From a virus (lineage: Duplodnaviria; Heunggongvirae; Uroviricota; Caudoviricetes): a stretch of DNA of 17,213 bases. The translations under genes were made by a program, and so were the position numbers. The notes under the pieces are model-generated. The model saw only the letters and a list, made by a program, of their open reading frames with translations, searched no databases and had not been told where the DNA came from. Each line of letters starts with the position of its first letter. The first letter of the stretch is position 1. Positions 8,092 through 16,752 of the stretch are shown here, in pieces. The stretch covers positions 1-17,213 of IMG/VR virus record IMGVR_UViG_2681813004_000008; one strand, 5' to 3'.

Positions 8092-8322
8092 ATGAACCCA
8101 GCCATCAAAACAGCGATCAATATCGTTGGTTCACAAAAGAAACTAGGCGCTGCCTGCGAAGTTTCACAGCAGGCCGTCTATAAGTGGCTTCACAACAAAG
8201 CAAAGGTATCCCCTGAACATGTCGGCAGCATTGTTACGGCTACTGGTGGAGTAGTGAAGGCATACCAGATTCGCCCGGATCTTCCGAAGTTGTTTCCACA
8301 CACTGAAAAGAACGCAGCTTAA
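8092..8322 (+). CDS. cro: Cro-like HTH regulator, 76 aa
   Basis: Small HTH protein (GSQKKLGAACEVSQQAVYKW) divergent from cI; GGAGG ribosome-binding site 5 nt upstream. Confidence 0.8.
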   Translation: MNPAIKTAINIVGSQKKLGAACEVSQQAVYKWLHNKAKVSPEHVGSIVTATGGVVKAYQIRPDLPKLFPHTEKNAA

Positions 8323-8334
8323 ATTTCCATTTCA

Positions 8335-8347
8335 CGCTCTTTAACAA
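8335..8347 (+). promoter_or_regulatory. boxA-like element (nutR position)
   Basis: CGCTCTTTAACAA lies 13 nt downstream of the cro stop and matches the boxA consensus of lambdoid nut sites and rrn leaders. Confidence 0.45.
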
Positions 8348-8391
8348 TAAGCAATCAACTTAACAGTCAATTCAAACTAAAGGAGTCAATT

Positions 8392-8931
8392 ATGCAACCA
8401 CTTACATACCAACAGACTAGCGGATTTAGCCCGACTGCGGTGATAAATCGTTCTCAAACAAAACAAGCTCCAGGCCACGAAAAAATCCGTGATGCCGTCC
8501 GCGCCTGGTCGGCTGTAGATAATCAGGATGTCGTTGCCGCACTCATTGTGAATGAGTATCGGGAGCAGGGCGGCGGCACCATCGATTTCCCTGATGATGT
8601 CAGCCGTGCACGCCAGAAGCTGTTCCGCTTCCTCGATAACAAATTCGATTCTGAAAAATACAGAAATAACGTGCGTGAACTGACCCCGGCAATTCTGGCG
8701 GTACTACCGCTGGAATATCGCGGTTACCTAGTTGAGCAGGATAGCTTCATGGCTCGGCTGGCTGAAATGGAAAAGGAACTCAGTGAGGCAAAGCAGGCGG
8801 TCATTCTCAACGCACCACGCCACCAGAAACTGAAGGAGATGAGTGAAGGCATTGTGTCGATGTTTCGAGTGGACCCGGATCTGGCTGGTCCACTGATGGC
8901 AATGGTCACCACCATGCTGGGGGCAATATGA
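8392..8931 (+). CDS. Phage early regulatory protein in the cII position (YdaT-like?), 179 aa
   Basis: ORF directly downstream of cro/nutR with a good ribosome-binding site (AAAGGAG); assignment by position and vague family resemblance only. Confidence 0.45.
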   Translation: MQPLTYQQTSGFSPTAVINRSQTKQAPGHEKIRDAVRAWSAVDNQDVVAALIVNEYREQGGGTIDFPDDVSRARQKLFRFLDNKFDSEKYRNNVRELTPAILAVLPLEYRGYLVEQDSFMARLAEMEKELSEAKQAVILNAPRHQKLKEMSEGIVSMFRVDPDLAGPLMAMVTTMLGAI

Positions 8932-9017
8932 CAGGTTCAGAAATGGCGAAAGCCGGTCTGCTGGAACAGAACCGACTTTCAGGTGCAAATCGTAACACAC
9001 TCATTGCGGGAGGAATT

Positions 9018-9908
9018 ATGGCAAACACTGCTGAGATATTCAATTTTCCAGTGCCGGATGCGGCACAAAAGGAGCCGCGCGTGGCAGATCTCGATGATGG
9101 TTATACGCGCATTGCAAACGAGTTGCTGGAAGCTGTGATGCTGGCCGGATTAACACAGCACCAGCTTCTGGTCTTTCTGGCTGTCATGCGCAAAACATAT
9201 GGCTTTAATAAAAAACTGGATTGGGTTAGCAACGAGCAACTTTCCGAATTAACCGGGATATTGCCGCACAAGTGTTCTGCTGCAAAAAGTGTTCTGGTAA
9301 AGCGTGGGATTTTTATTCAGAGCGGGCGGAATACCGGCATTAATAATGTGGTCAGTGAATGGTCAACATTACCCGAATCAGGTAAGAAAAATAAAGTTTA
9401 CCTGAAAGAGGTAAATTTACCCAAATCAGGTAAAGGCGTTTACCCGAATCAGGTAAACACAAAAGACAAACTAACAAAAGACAATATAAAACCTTTTTCG
9501 TCCGAGAATTCTGGCGAATCCTCTGACCAACCAGAAAACGATCTTCCTGTGGTGAAACCGGATGCTGCAATTCAGAGCGGCAGCAAGTGGGGGACAGCAG
9601 AAGACCTGACCGCCGCAGAGTGGATGTTTGACATGGTGAAGACCATCGCGCCATCAGCCAGAAAACCGAATTTTGCTGGGTGGGCTAACGATATCCGCCT
9701 GATGCGTGAACGTGACGGACGTAACCACCGCGATATGTGCGTGCTGTTCCGCTGGGCATGCCAGGACAACTTCTGGTCCGGTAACGTGCTAAGTCCGGCC
9801 AAACTCCGCGACAAGTGGACCCAACTCGAAATCAACCGTAACAAGCAACAGGCTGGCGTGACAGCTAGCAAACCAATGGGCATGCCAGGACAACTTCTGG
9901 TCCGGTAA
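9018..9908 (+). CDS. O: Replication initiator O (lambda-type C-terminal domain) with aberrant C-terminus from a frameshifting tandem duplication
   Basis: From MANTAEIFNF... with GGAGG ribosome-binding site; segment AEWMFDMVKTIAPSARKPNFAGWANDIRLMRERDGRNHRDMCVLFRWACQDNFWSGNVLSPAKLRDKWTQLEINRNKQQAGVTASKP matches lambda O as recalled, but the ORF ends ...MGMPGQLLVR after a 124-bp duplication. Confidence 0.85.
   Translation: MANTAEIFNFPVPDAAQKEPRVADLDDGYTRIANELLEAVMLAGLTQHQLLVFLAVMRKTYGFNKKLDWVSNEQLSELTGILPHKCSAAKSVLVKRGIFIQSGRNTGINNVVSEWSTLPESGKKNKVYLKEVNLPKSGKGVYPNQVNTKDKLTKDNIKPFSSENSGESSDQPENDLPVVKPDAAIQSGSKWGTAEDLTAAEWMFDMVKTIAPSARKPNFAGWANDIRLMRERDGRNHRDMCVLFRWACQDNFWSGNVLSPAKLRDKWTQLEINRNKQQAGVTASKPMGMPGQLLVR
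9369..9500 (+). other. Replication origin inside O: four about 19-bp iterons plus an AT-rich region
   Basis: Iterons TTACCCGAATCAGGTAA (9369), TTTACCTGAAAGAGGTAAA (9397), TTTACCCAAATCAGGTAAA (9416), TTTACCCGAATCAGGTAAA (9439), each with TACC...GGTA dyad symmetry, followed by an A-rich tract (9458-9500). Confidence 0.75.
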
Positions 9909-9999
9909 CGTGCTAAGTCCGGCCAAACTCCGCGACAAGTGGACCCAACTCGAAATCAACCGTAACAAGCAACAGGCTGGCGTGACAGCTGGAAAACCA
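9752..9999 (+). repeat. Tandem direct duplication, 2 x 124 bp, in the 3' end of O
   Basis: 9752-9875 and 9876-9999 are identical except for two mismatches near the 3' end (AGCAAACCAA vs GGAAAACCAA). Confidence 0.9.
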
Positions 10000-10043
10000 A
10001 AACTCGACCTGACAAACACTGACTGGATTTACGGGGTGGATCT

Positions 10044-10745
10044 ATGAAAAACATCGCCGCACAGATGGTTAACTTTGACCGTGAGCAGATGCGTCGGATC
10101 GCCAACAACATGCCGGAACAGTACGACGAAAAGCCGCAGGTACAGCAGGTAGCGCAGATAATCAACGGTGTATTCAGCCAGTTACTGGCAACTTTCCCGG
10201 CGAGCCTGGCTAATCGTGACCAGAACGAACTGAACGAAATCCGCCGCCAGTGGGTTCTGGCTTTCCGGGAAAACGGGATCACCACGATGGAACAGGTGAG
10301 CGCCGGAATGCGTGTTGCCCGTCGGCAGAATAGACCATTTCTGCCATCACCCGGGCAGTTTGTTGCATGGTGCCGGGAAGAAGCATCCGTTACCGCCGGG
10401 CTGCCAAACGTCAGCGAGCTGGTTGATATGGTTTACGAGTATTGCCGGAAGCGTGGCCTGTATCCGGATGCAGAGTCTTATCCGTGGAAATCAAACGCGC
10501 ACTACTGGCTGGTTACCAACCTGTATCAGAACATGCGGGCCAATGCGCTGACTGACGCGGAATTACGACGCAAGGCTGCCGATGAACTGACCTGTATGAC
10601 AGCGCGAATTAACCGTGGTGAGGCGATACCTGAACCAGTAAAACAACTTCCTGTCATGGGCGGCAGACCTCTAAATCTATTACAGGCGCTGGCGAAGATC
10701 GCAGAAATTAAAGCTAAGTTCGGACTGAAAGGAGCAAGTGTATGA
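10044..10745 (+). CDS. P: Replication protein P (DnaB helicase loader), 233 aa
   Basis: MKNIAAQMVNFDREQMRRIANNMPEQYDEKPQVQQVAQIINGVFSQLLATFPASLANRDQ... near-identical to lambda P as recalled. Confidence 0.93.
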   Translation: MKNIAAQMVNFDREQMRRIANNMPEQYDEKPQVQQVAQIINGVFSQLLATFPASLANRDQNELNEIRRQWVLAFRENGITTMEQVSAGMRVARRQNRPFLPSPGQFVAWCREEASVTAGLPNVSELVDMVYEYCRKRGLYPDAESYPWKSNAHYWLVTNLYQNMRANALTDAELRRKAADELTCMTARINRGEAIPEPVKQLPVMGGRPLNLLQALAKIAEIKAKFGLKGASV

Positions 10746-11044
10746 CGGGCAAAGAGGCAATTATTCATTACCTGGGGACGCATAAGAGCTTCTGTGCACA
10801 GGACGTTGCCGCGGTAACAGGCGCAACCGTAACCAGCATAAATCAGGCTGCGGCTAAAATGGCGCGGGCAGGAATCCTGGTCGTTGATGGTAAGGTCTGG
10901 CGAACGGTGTATTACCGGTTCGCTACCAGAGAAGAACGGGAAGGAAAGGTGAGCACGAATCTGATTTTTAAGGAGTGTCGCCAGAGTGCCGCGATGAAAC
11001 GGGTACTGAGGGTATATAAAAGAACATCAATGGGAACACAATGA
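10742..11044 (+). CDS. ren: Ren-like protein (rex exclusion escape), 100 aa
   Basis: MTGKEAIIHYLGTHKSFCAQDVAAVTGATVTSINQAAAKMARAGILVVDGKVWRTVYYRFATREEREGK matches lambda Ren; start overlaps the P stop. Confidence 0.8.
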   Translation: MTGKEAIIHYLGTHKSFCAQDVAAVTGATVTSINQAAAKMARAGILVVDGKVWRTVYYRFATREEREGKVSTNLIFKECRQSAAMKRVLRVYKRTSMGTQ

Positions 11045-11111
11045 TGAAACAGGTGAGTTGAGTTCAAACTGTAGTACAATTCTCTCCAGTTTGAACAGGA
11101 AAGAATATGCT

Positions 11112-11444
11112 ATGAACCCTTATATTTATCTTGGTGGTGCAATACTTGCAGAGGTCATTGGTACAACCTTAATGAAGTTTTCAGAAGGTTTTACACGGTT
11201 ATGGCCATCTGTTGGTACAATTATTTGTTATTGTGCATCATTCTGGTTATTAGCTCAGACGCTGGCTTATATTCCTACAGGGATTGCTTATGCTATCTGG
11301 TCAGGAGTCGGTATTGTCCTGATTAGCTTACTGTCATGGGGATTTTTCGGCCAACGGCTGGACCTGCCAGCCATTATAGGCATGATGTTGATTTGTGCCG
11401 GTGTGTTGGTTATTAATTTATTGTCACGAAGCACACCACATTAA
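11112..11444 (+). CDS. emrE: Small multidrug resistance efflux transporter EmrE, 110 aa
   Basis: MNPYIYLGGAILAEVIGTTLMKFSEGFTRLWPSVGTIICYCASFWLLAQTLAYIPTGIAYAIWSGVGIVLISLL... ; four-helix SMR protein with the conserved membrane Glu. Confidence 0.93.
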   Translation: MNPYIYLGGAILAEVIGTTLMKFSEGFTRLWPSVGTIICYCASFWLLAQTLAYIPTGIAYAIWSGVGIVLISLLSWGFFGQRLDLPAIIGMMLICAGVLVINLLSRSTPH

Positions 11445-11474
11445 AATAATTTGTTTCTAAACGACTAAAATATG

Positions 11475-11505
11475 GAGGCTCTTATATTTATATGAGCCTC
11501 GTTTT
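11475..11505 (+). terminator. Rho-independent terminator after emrE
   Basis: GAGGCTC-(12 nt loop)-GAGCCTC hairpin followed by GTTTT. Confidence 0.6.
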
Positions 11506-11698
11506 ATGCTTTTTGTTAATGTCTTTATTTTTTATGTATTCTTTTGTGCTTTCAAGATTATGGCGTAAGAAAATTGCAATACGATTATTGTTGTATATTC
11601 AAGATAATGTGACCTTAATTGTCTTTTTAAATAAAAATTAAACAAAAATTATATCCCACCACTAAGGTTTATAAAAGCATACGTTAGCAGGTGTCACC

Positions 11699-13225
11699 AT
11701 GAAAAAAGCCATAGCATATATGCGATTTTCATCACCAGGTCAGATGTCTGGCGACTCATTAAACCGACAGAGAAGACTTATTGCTGAATGGTTAAAGGTA
11801 AATAGTGATTATTATCTTGATACCATAACATATGAAGATTTAGGATTAAGTGCATTCAAAGGAAAGCATGCACAATCAGGAGCTTTTTCGGAATTTTTAG
11901 ATGCTATAGAGCATGGTTATATATTGCCAGGAACTACATTGTTAGTTGAAAGTCTGGACAGACTTTCAAGAGAAAACGTCGGTGAAGCGATTGAACGTCT
12001 GAAATTGATTTTGAATCACGGTATTGATGTTATAACTCTTTGCGACAATACAGTCTATAATATTGACTCTTTGAATGAGCCATATTCATTAATAAAAGCC
12101 ATACTTATAGCACAAAGGGCAAATGAAGAAAGCGAGATAAAGTCAAGTCGGGTTAAATTATCATGGAAGAAAAAACGGCAGGATGCACTGGAATCAGGTA
12201 CGATTATGACGGCGTCTTGTCCGAGATGGCTCTCCTTAGATGACAAAAGAACGGCTTTTGTTCCAGACCCCGACAGGGTGAAAACTATTGAGCTAATTTT
12301 TAAACTCAGGATGGAAAGGCGCTCATTGAATGCAATAGCCAAGTATTTAAATGATCATGCTGTAAAGAATTTCTCAGGAAAAGAAAGTGCATGGGGACCT
12401 TCTGTAATTGAAAAATTATTAGCGAATAAAACTCTGATAGGTATATGCGTACCTTCATATCGTGCAAGAGGGAAAGGGATAAGTGAAATCGCTGGCTATT
12501 ATCCCAGAGTCATATCAGATGATTTGTTTTACGCTGTACAGGAAATTCGGTTGGCACCTTTTGGTATTAGCAATAGTAGCAAGAATCCTATGCTAATAAA
12601 TCTACTTCGAACAGTTATGAAGTGTGAGGCTTGTGGTAATACCATGATTGTTCATGCGGTATCTGGAAGTTTGCATGGCTATTATGTTTGTCCGATGAGA
12701 AGATTACATCGATGTGACAGGCCATCAATAAAAAGAGATTTGGTTGATTATAATATCATTAATGAATTGCTTTTTAATTGTAGCAAAATTCAACCAGTTG
12801 AAAACAAGAAAGATGCTAATGAAACTTTAGAGTTAAAAATTATTGAGCTTCAGATGAAAATTAATAATTTAATCGTTGCATTGTCTGTCGCGCCTGAAGT
12901 TACCGCTATAGCAGAGAAAATAAGACTATTAGATAAGGAATTACGAAGGGCTTCGGTATCATTGAAAACTTTGAAGAGTAAAGGTGTAAATTCATTCAGT
13001 GATTTTTATGCTATTGACTTAACCAGTAAAAATGGACGAGAGTTATGCCGTACACTTGCCTATAAAACATTCGAAAAAATCATAATTAATACGGATAATA
13101 AAACCTGTGATATCTATTTTATGAATGGCATTGTTTTTAAACACTATCCTTTAATGAAAGTAATATCCGCCCAGCAGGCGATAAGTGCTCTCAAATATAT
13201 GGTTGATGGTGAGATTTATTTCTAA
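11699..13225 (+). CDS. ybcK: Large serine recombinase (resolvase/invertase N-domain + recombinase domain + zinc ribbon), 508 aa
   Basis: N-terminal AIAYMRFSSPGQ (catalytic Ser region), central recombinase region and CEACG...C cysteine cluster; matches DLP12 YbcK in size and position. Confidence 0.85.
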   Translation: MKKAIAYMRFSSPGQMSGDSLNRQRRLIAEWLKVNSDYYLDTITYEDLGLSAFKGKHAQSGAFSEFLDAIEHGYILPGTTLLVESLDRLSRENVGEAIERLKLILNHGIDVITLCDNTVYNIDSLNEPYSLIKAILIAQRANEESEIKSSRVKLSWKKKRQDALESGTIMTASCPRWLSLDDKRTAFVPDPDRVKTIELIFKLRMERRSLNAIAKYLNDHAVKNFSGKESAWGPSVIEKLLANKTLIGICVPSYRARGKGISEIAGYYPRVISDDLFYAVQEIRLAPFGISNSSKNPMLINLLRTVMKCEACGNTMIVHAVSGSLHGYYVCPMRRLHRCDRPSIKRDLVDYNIINELLFNCSKIQPVENKKDANETLELKIIELQMKINNLIVALSVAPEVTAIAEKIRLLDKELRRASVSLKTLKSKGVNSFSDFYAIDLTSKNGRELCRTLAYKTFEKIIINTDNKTCDIYFMNGIVFKHYPLMKVISAQQAISALKYMVDGEIYF

Positions 13226-13689
13226 ATAATGATCTCGGATTTTAAGTTATGCTATGGTGATAAAGTGCAAGACAGAATTAATTATCTTTGACGAAACTTA
13301 ATGGGTAATTACTTTGTTTGCTCCCACAAGCGAGTTTTGTACGGCTGTATTGGGGTAGTAAATGAGCTATACAATCTTAATCATTTGTTAGGTGAGAACT
13401 CTTGGTCGCAGATTCAAATACTGAAAATACGTGACAAATTATTATGAGCAAAATGGTGTATGTCACGTATTTTGAATGGTAGGTTAAAAAATAACACCGA
13501 CTTTCGTAGGTATTACTAATAATAAAGCAGAGTTTTTAGATAGTATCAATGTGCTTTGTGTATATTGTGGCAAATAATTGGGTTGGGGGTACAATTGTGA
13601 TTGCTTTTGCATGAACATTGCGCCTTTATGCATAATGAGATAAAGGAATATCAAATAAAATAACGATAGGTCATAACAAAGAGGTTTTT

Positions 13690-14241
13690 ATGAAAACACT
13701 TATCGTTTCAACTGTATTGGCATTCATAACATTTTCTGCGCAGGCTGCAGCATTTCAGGTCACTAGTAATGAAATAAAAACAGGAGAGCAACTTACAACG
13801 TCTCATGTCTTTTCTGGATTTGGGTGTGAAGGTGGTAATACATCGCCCTCATTAACCTGGTCTGGTGTTCCTGAAGGTACCAAAAGCTTTGCCGTAACTG
13901 TATATGATCCAGATGCACCTACAGGCAGTGGCTGGTGGCATTGGACTGTTGTTAATATTCCAGCAACAGTAACATATTTGCCCGTTGATGCAGGGAGACG
14001 TGATGGAACAAAACTGCCGACTGGTGCTGTTCAAGGCCGAAATGATTTTGGCTATGCTGGGTTTGGTGGCGCATGTCCTCCTAAAGGAGATAAACCACAT
14101 CATTACCAGTTTAAAGTATGGGCTCTAAAAACTGAAAAGATTCCTGTAGATTCTAACTCCAGCGGAGCGTTAGTTGGTTATATGCTTAATGCTAATAAAA
14201 TCGCAACCGCTGAGATAACACCAGTTTATGAGATAAAGTAG
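13690..14241 (+). CDS. ybcL: Secreted PEBP/Raf-kinase-inhibitor-like protein (YbcL/UPF0098 family), 183 aa
   Basis: N-terminal signal peptide MKTLIVSTVLAFITFSAQAAA; PEBP motifs YDPDAP and GGACPPKG...HHYQF. Confidence 0.85.
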   Translation: MKTLIVSTVLAFITFSAQAAAFQVTSNEIKTGEQLTTSHVFSGFGCEGGNTSPSLTWSGVPEGTKSFAVTVYDPDAPTGSGWWHWTVVNIPATVTYLPVDAGRRDGTKLPTGAVQGRNDFGYAGFGGACPPKGDKPHHYQFKVWALKTEKIPVDSNSSGALVGYMLNANKIATAEITPVYEIK

Positions 14242-14250
14242 GGTGAGAGT

Positions 14251-15048
14251 ATGCTGGCAAGAGGTAAGACTAACTTAAAGATCGAAGAAATACGGATGCA
14301 TAAACATCATGAGATTCATAGGGTTAAGCCTCTTATGCCAGCTTTGTGTCGTATCCGTCAGGGAAAGAAAGTTATCAATTGGGAGACGCATACTTTAACT
14401 GTTGATAATAATCAAATAATATTATTTCCTTGTGGTTATGAATTTTATATTGAGAATTATCCTGAAGCAGGGCTTTATCTTGCAGAAATGCTTTACTTAC
14501 CCATTGATTTAATTGAGAGTTTCCAAAAACTTTATACGGTAACTGATCAAATACGTAACAAAACAAGTTTCTTTTTACCTCAGAATCCTGAGTTAATATA
14601 TTGTTGGGAGCAACTAAAAACATCTGTTTCCCGAGGCTTCTCAACTAAAATTCAGGAGCACTTAGCAATGGGCGTTCTACTTTCGTTAGGAGTGAATCAT
14701 GTTAATCATTTACTTTTATCATATAGTAAACAATCATTGATAAGTCGTTGTTATAACCTGCTGCTATCCGAACCCGGCACAAAATGGACAGCAAACAAGG
14801 TTGCTCGATATCTCTACATTTCTGTTTCTACATTACATCGCCGTCTAGCAAGCGAGGGGGTAAGTTTCCAAAGTATACTGGACGATGTGAGGTTAAATAA
14901 TGCGTTGTCTGCTATACAAACGACGGTAAAACCTATAAGCGAGATTGCCAGAGAAAATGGTTATAAGTGTCCTTCTCGTTTTACTGAAAGATTTCATAAT
15001 CGTTTTAATATAACACCAAGAGAGATAAGAAAAGCTTCCAGAGAGTAA
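14251..15048 (+). CDS. ybcM: AraC/XylS-family transcriptional regulator, 265 aa
   Basis: C-terminal double HTH ([36 protein letters not shown]...[19 protein letters not shown]). Confidence 0.85.
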
Positions 15049-15112
15049 AAGTGTTTTAAGAAGGAGCAATTCTATCGATTTTGATTTTGGGAAATCAACA
15101 CGGCATAATTAT

Positions 15113-15141
15113 GTCACCGGAGCCTGAACAACTCCGGTGAC
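15113..15141 (+). other. Perfect 10-bp GC-rich stem-loop (terminator or regulatory hairpin) between ybcM and ylcH
   Basis: GTCACCGGAG-cctgaacaa-CTCCGGTGAC; no T-tract follows on the plus strand. Confidence 0.45.
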
Positions 15142-15164
15142 TTCTGCGCTAAACGGGGACGTTT

Positions 15165-15266
15165 ATGCGCACATACAATCCAAACTCTCTTCTCCCTTCA
15201 CAGATGCAGAAATGCACCTGCAATTCTTTGCATCTAGCGTTTGACCTCTGCGGAGGTGAAGCGTGA
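15165..15266 (+). CDS. ylcH: Small protein YlcH-like (33 aa)
   Basis: ATG...[33 protein letters not shown]; stop overlaps the GTG start of ybcN. Below the 60-aa cutoff of the supplied ORF track. Confidence 0.45.
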
Positions 15267-15718
15267 ACCTCTCACAAGACGGCATCAAATTACATCGCGG
15301 CAACTTCACCGCTATCGGTCGGCAGATCCAGCCTTATCTGGAGGAGGGCAAATGCTTTCGCATGGTGCTTAAACCGTGGCGTGAGAAACGCAGTCTTTCC
15401 CAGAATGCACTCAGCCACATGTGGTACAGCGAAATCAGTGAATACCTCATCAGCAGGGGTAAAACGTTCGCCACTCCAGCTTGGGTAAAAGATGCTCTCA
15501 AACACACATATCTCGGTTATGAAACCAAAGACCTGGTTGATGTCGTAACCGGTGATATCACCACTATCCAGTCGTTACGCCATACCTCCGATCTTGATAC
15601 CGGAGAGATGTATGTCTTCCTGTGTAAGGTTGAAGCCTGGGCGGTGAATATTGGCTGCCACCTGACTATTCCGCAGAGCTGCGAGTTCCAGCTGCTCCGC
15701 GACAAGCAGGAGGCGTAA
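15263..15718 (+). CDS. ybcN: NinB/YbcN-family protein, 151 aa
   Basis: GTG start after [16 protein letters not shown] motif shared with lambda NinB (Orf); conserved nin-region position. Confidence 0.8.
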
Positions 15719-15888
15719 TGGCTACACCGCTTATTCGTGTCATGAACGGACACATCTACAGAGTATCAAATCGTCGTAAGCGTAAGCCTGAGCTGAAGCC
15801 ATCCGAAATACCAACACTGCTCGGATATACCGCTAGCCTGGTTGATAAAAAATGGTTGCGACTGGCAGCAAGGAGGAATCATGGCTGA
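15718..15888 (+). CDS. ninE: NinE-like small protein, 56 aa
   Basis: [56 protein letters not shown]; start overlaps ybcN stop (TAATG). Not in the supplied ORF track. Confidence 0.75.
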   Translation: MATPLIRVMNGHIYRVSNRRKRKPELKPSEIPTLLGYTASLVDKKWLRLAARRNHG

Positions 15889-16171
15889 TTTGAGAAAAGC
15901 AGCGCGTGGTCGGGAATGCCAGGTAAGAATCCCTGGCGTATGTAATGGCAATTCTGAAACGTCTGTACTGGCACATATCCGGCTGGCTGGATTGTGCGGT
16001 ACCGGTATCAAACCGCCAGACCTGATTGCCACCATTGCATGTTCTGCCTGCCACGACGAAATCGACCGCCGCACACATTTTGTCGATGCTGCATATGCAA
16101 AAGAATGCGCGCTGGAAGGTATGGCGAGAACACAGGTTATCTGGCTGAAAGAGGGGGTTATTAAGGCGTGA
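15881..16171 (+). CDS. ybcO: YbcO-like (DUF1364) putative zinc-binding nuclease, 96 aa
   Basis: [24 protein letters not shown]...[11 protein letters not shown] with cysteine/histidine cluster; AGGAGG ribosome-binding site; overlaps ninE stop. Confidence 0.8.
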   Translation: MADLRKAARGRECQVRIPGVCNGNSETSVLAHIRLAGLCGTGIKPPDLIATIACSACHDEIDRRTHFVDAAYAKECALEGMARTQVIWLKEGVIKA

Positions 16172-16530
16172 ATACCTACAGTATCACATTACCCTGGCCT
16201 CCGAGCAATAATCGCTATTACCGCCATAATCGCGGGCGCACGCACGTCAGTGCAGAGGGGCAGGCATACCGCGATAACGTCGCCCGAATCATTAAAAACG
16301 CAATGCTGGATATCGGCCTGGCTATGCCTGTGAAAATCCGCATTGAGTGCCACATGCCGGATCGCCGTCGCCGTGACCTGGATAATCTGCAAAAAGCCGC
16401 TTTTGACGCACTCACCAAAGCAGGTTTCTGGCTGGATGATGCTCAGGTCGTTGATTACCGCGTTGTGAAGATGCCTGTTACCAAAGGTGGGAGGCTGGAA
16501 CTGACCATCACCGAAATGGGGAATGAATGA
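16168..16530 (+). CDS. rusA: Holliday-junction resolvase RusA, 120 aa
   Basis: (GTG start) [46 protein letters not shown]...[30 protein letters not shown] matches RusA. Confidence 0.93.
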   Translation: MNTYSITLPWPPSNNRYYRHNRGRTHVSAEGQAYRDNVARIIKNAMLDIGLAMPVKIRIECHMPDRRRRDLDNLQKAAFDALTKAGFWLDDAQVVDYRVVKMPVTKGGRLELTITEMGNE

Positions 16531-16667
16531 TGTTTGAGTTTTATATGGCAGAACTTCTTCGCCACCGCTGGGGGCATCTGCGCTTATATCGTTTCCCCGG
16601 TTCTGTTTTGACCGATTACCGAATACTGAAGAATTACGCCAAAACCCTGACAGGAGCAGGAGTATGA
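16527..16667 (+). CDS. ylcG: Small protein YlcG-like (46 aa)
   Basis: [46 protein letters not shown]; overlaps the rusA stop. Confidence 0.55.
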   Translation: MMFEFYMAELLRHRWGHLRLYRFPGSVLTDYRILKNYAKTLTGAGV

Positions 16668-16752
16668 AGTCAGAGATAACAATCAACTAATACTGTTTTG
16701 TTGATTTTTGCTTGTAATTGGCGTTCTGGTCTGATTTTTGTGGAGTAAGTTG

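Noticed and set aside
9369-9457. Possible CRISPR array suggested by regularly spaced repeats
   Set aside because: Only four about 19-bp repeats with almost no spacers, inside the O gene with an adjacent AT-rich tract: classic origin iterons. The OL/OR repeats are likewise operators, and no cas genes are present.
9352-10285. Minus-strand ORFs within O/P (9352-9654, 9572-9883, 9789-10019, 9956-10285)
   Set aside because: Antisense to O and P; two of them share a repeated peptide only because they span the 124-bp tandem duplication.
12055-12342. 95-aa minus-strand ORF inside ybcK
   Set aside because: Antisense to the serine recombinase gene in an AT-rich region where long spurious frames are expected.
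16189-16686. 165-aa minus-strand ORF
   Set aside because: Entirely antisense to rusA and ylcG, which are well supported.
16738-16752. Upstream extension (MWSKL) of the Q-like ORF
   Set aside because: The conserved Q start is more likely the Met at 16753; the extension is an arbitrary upstream in-frame start.
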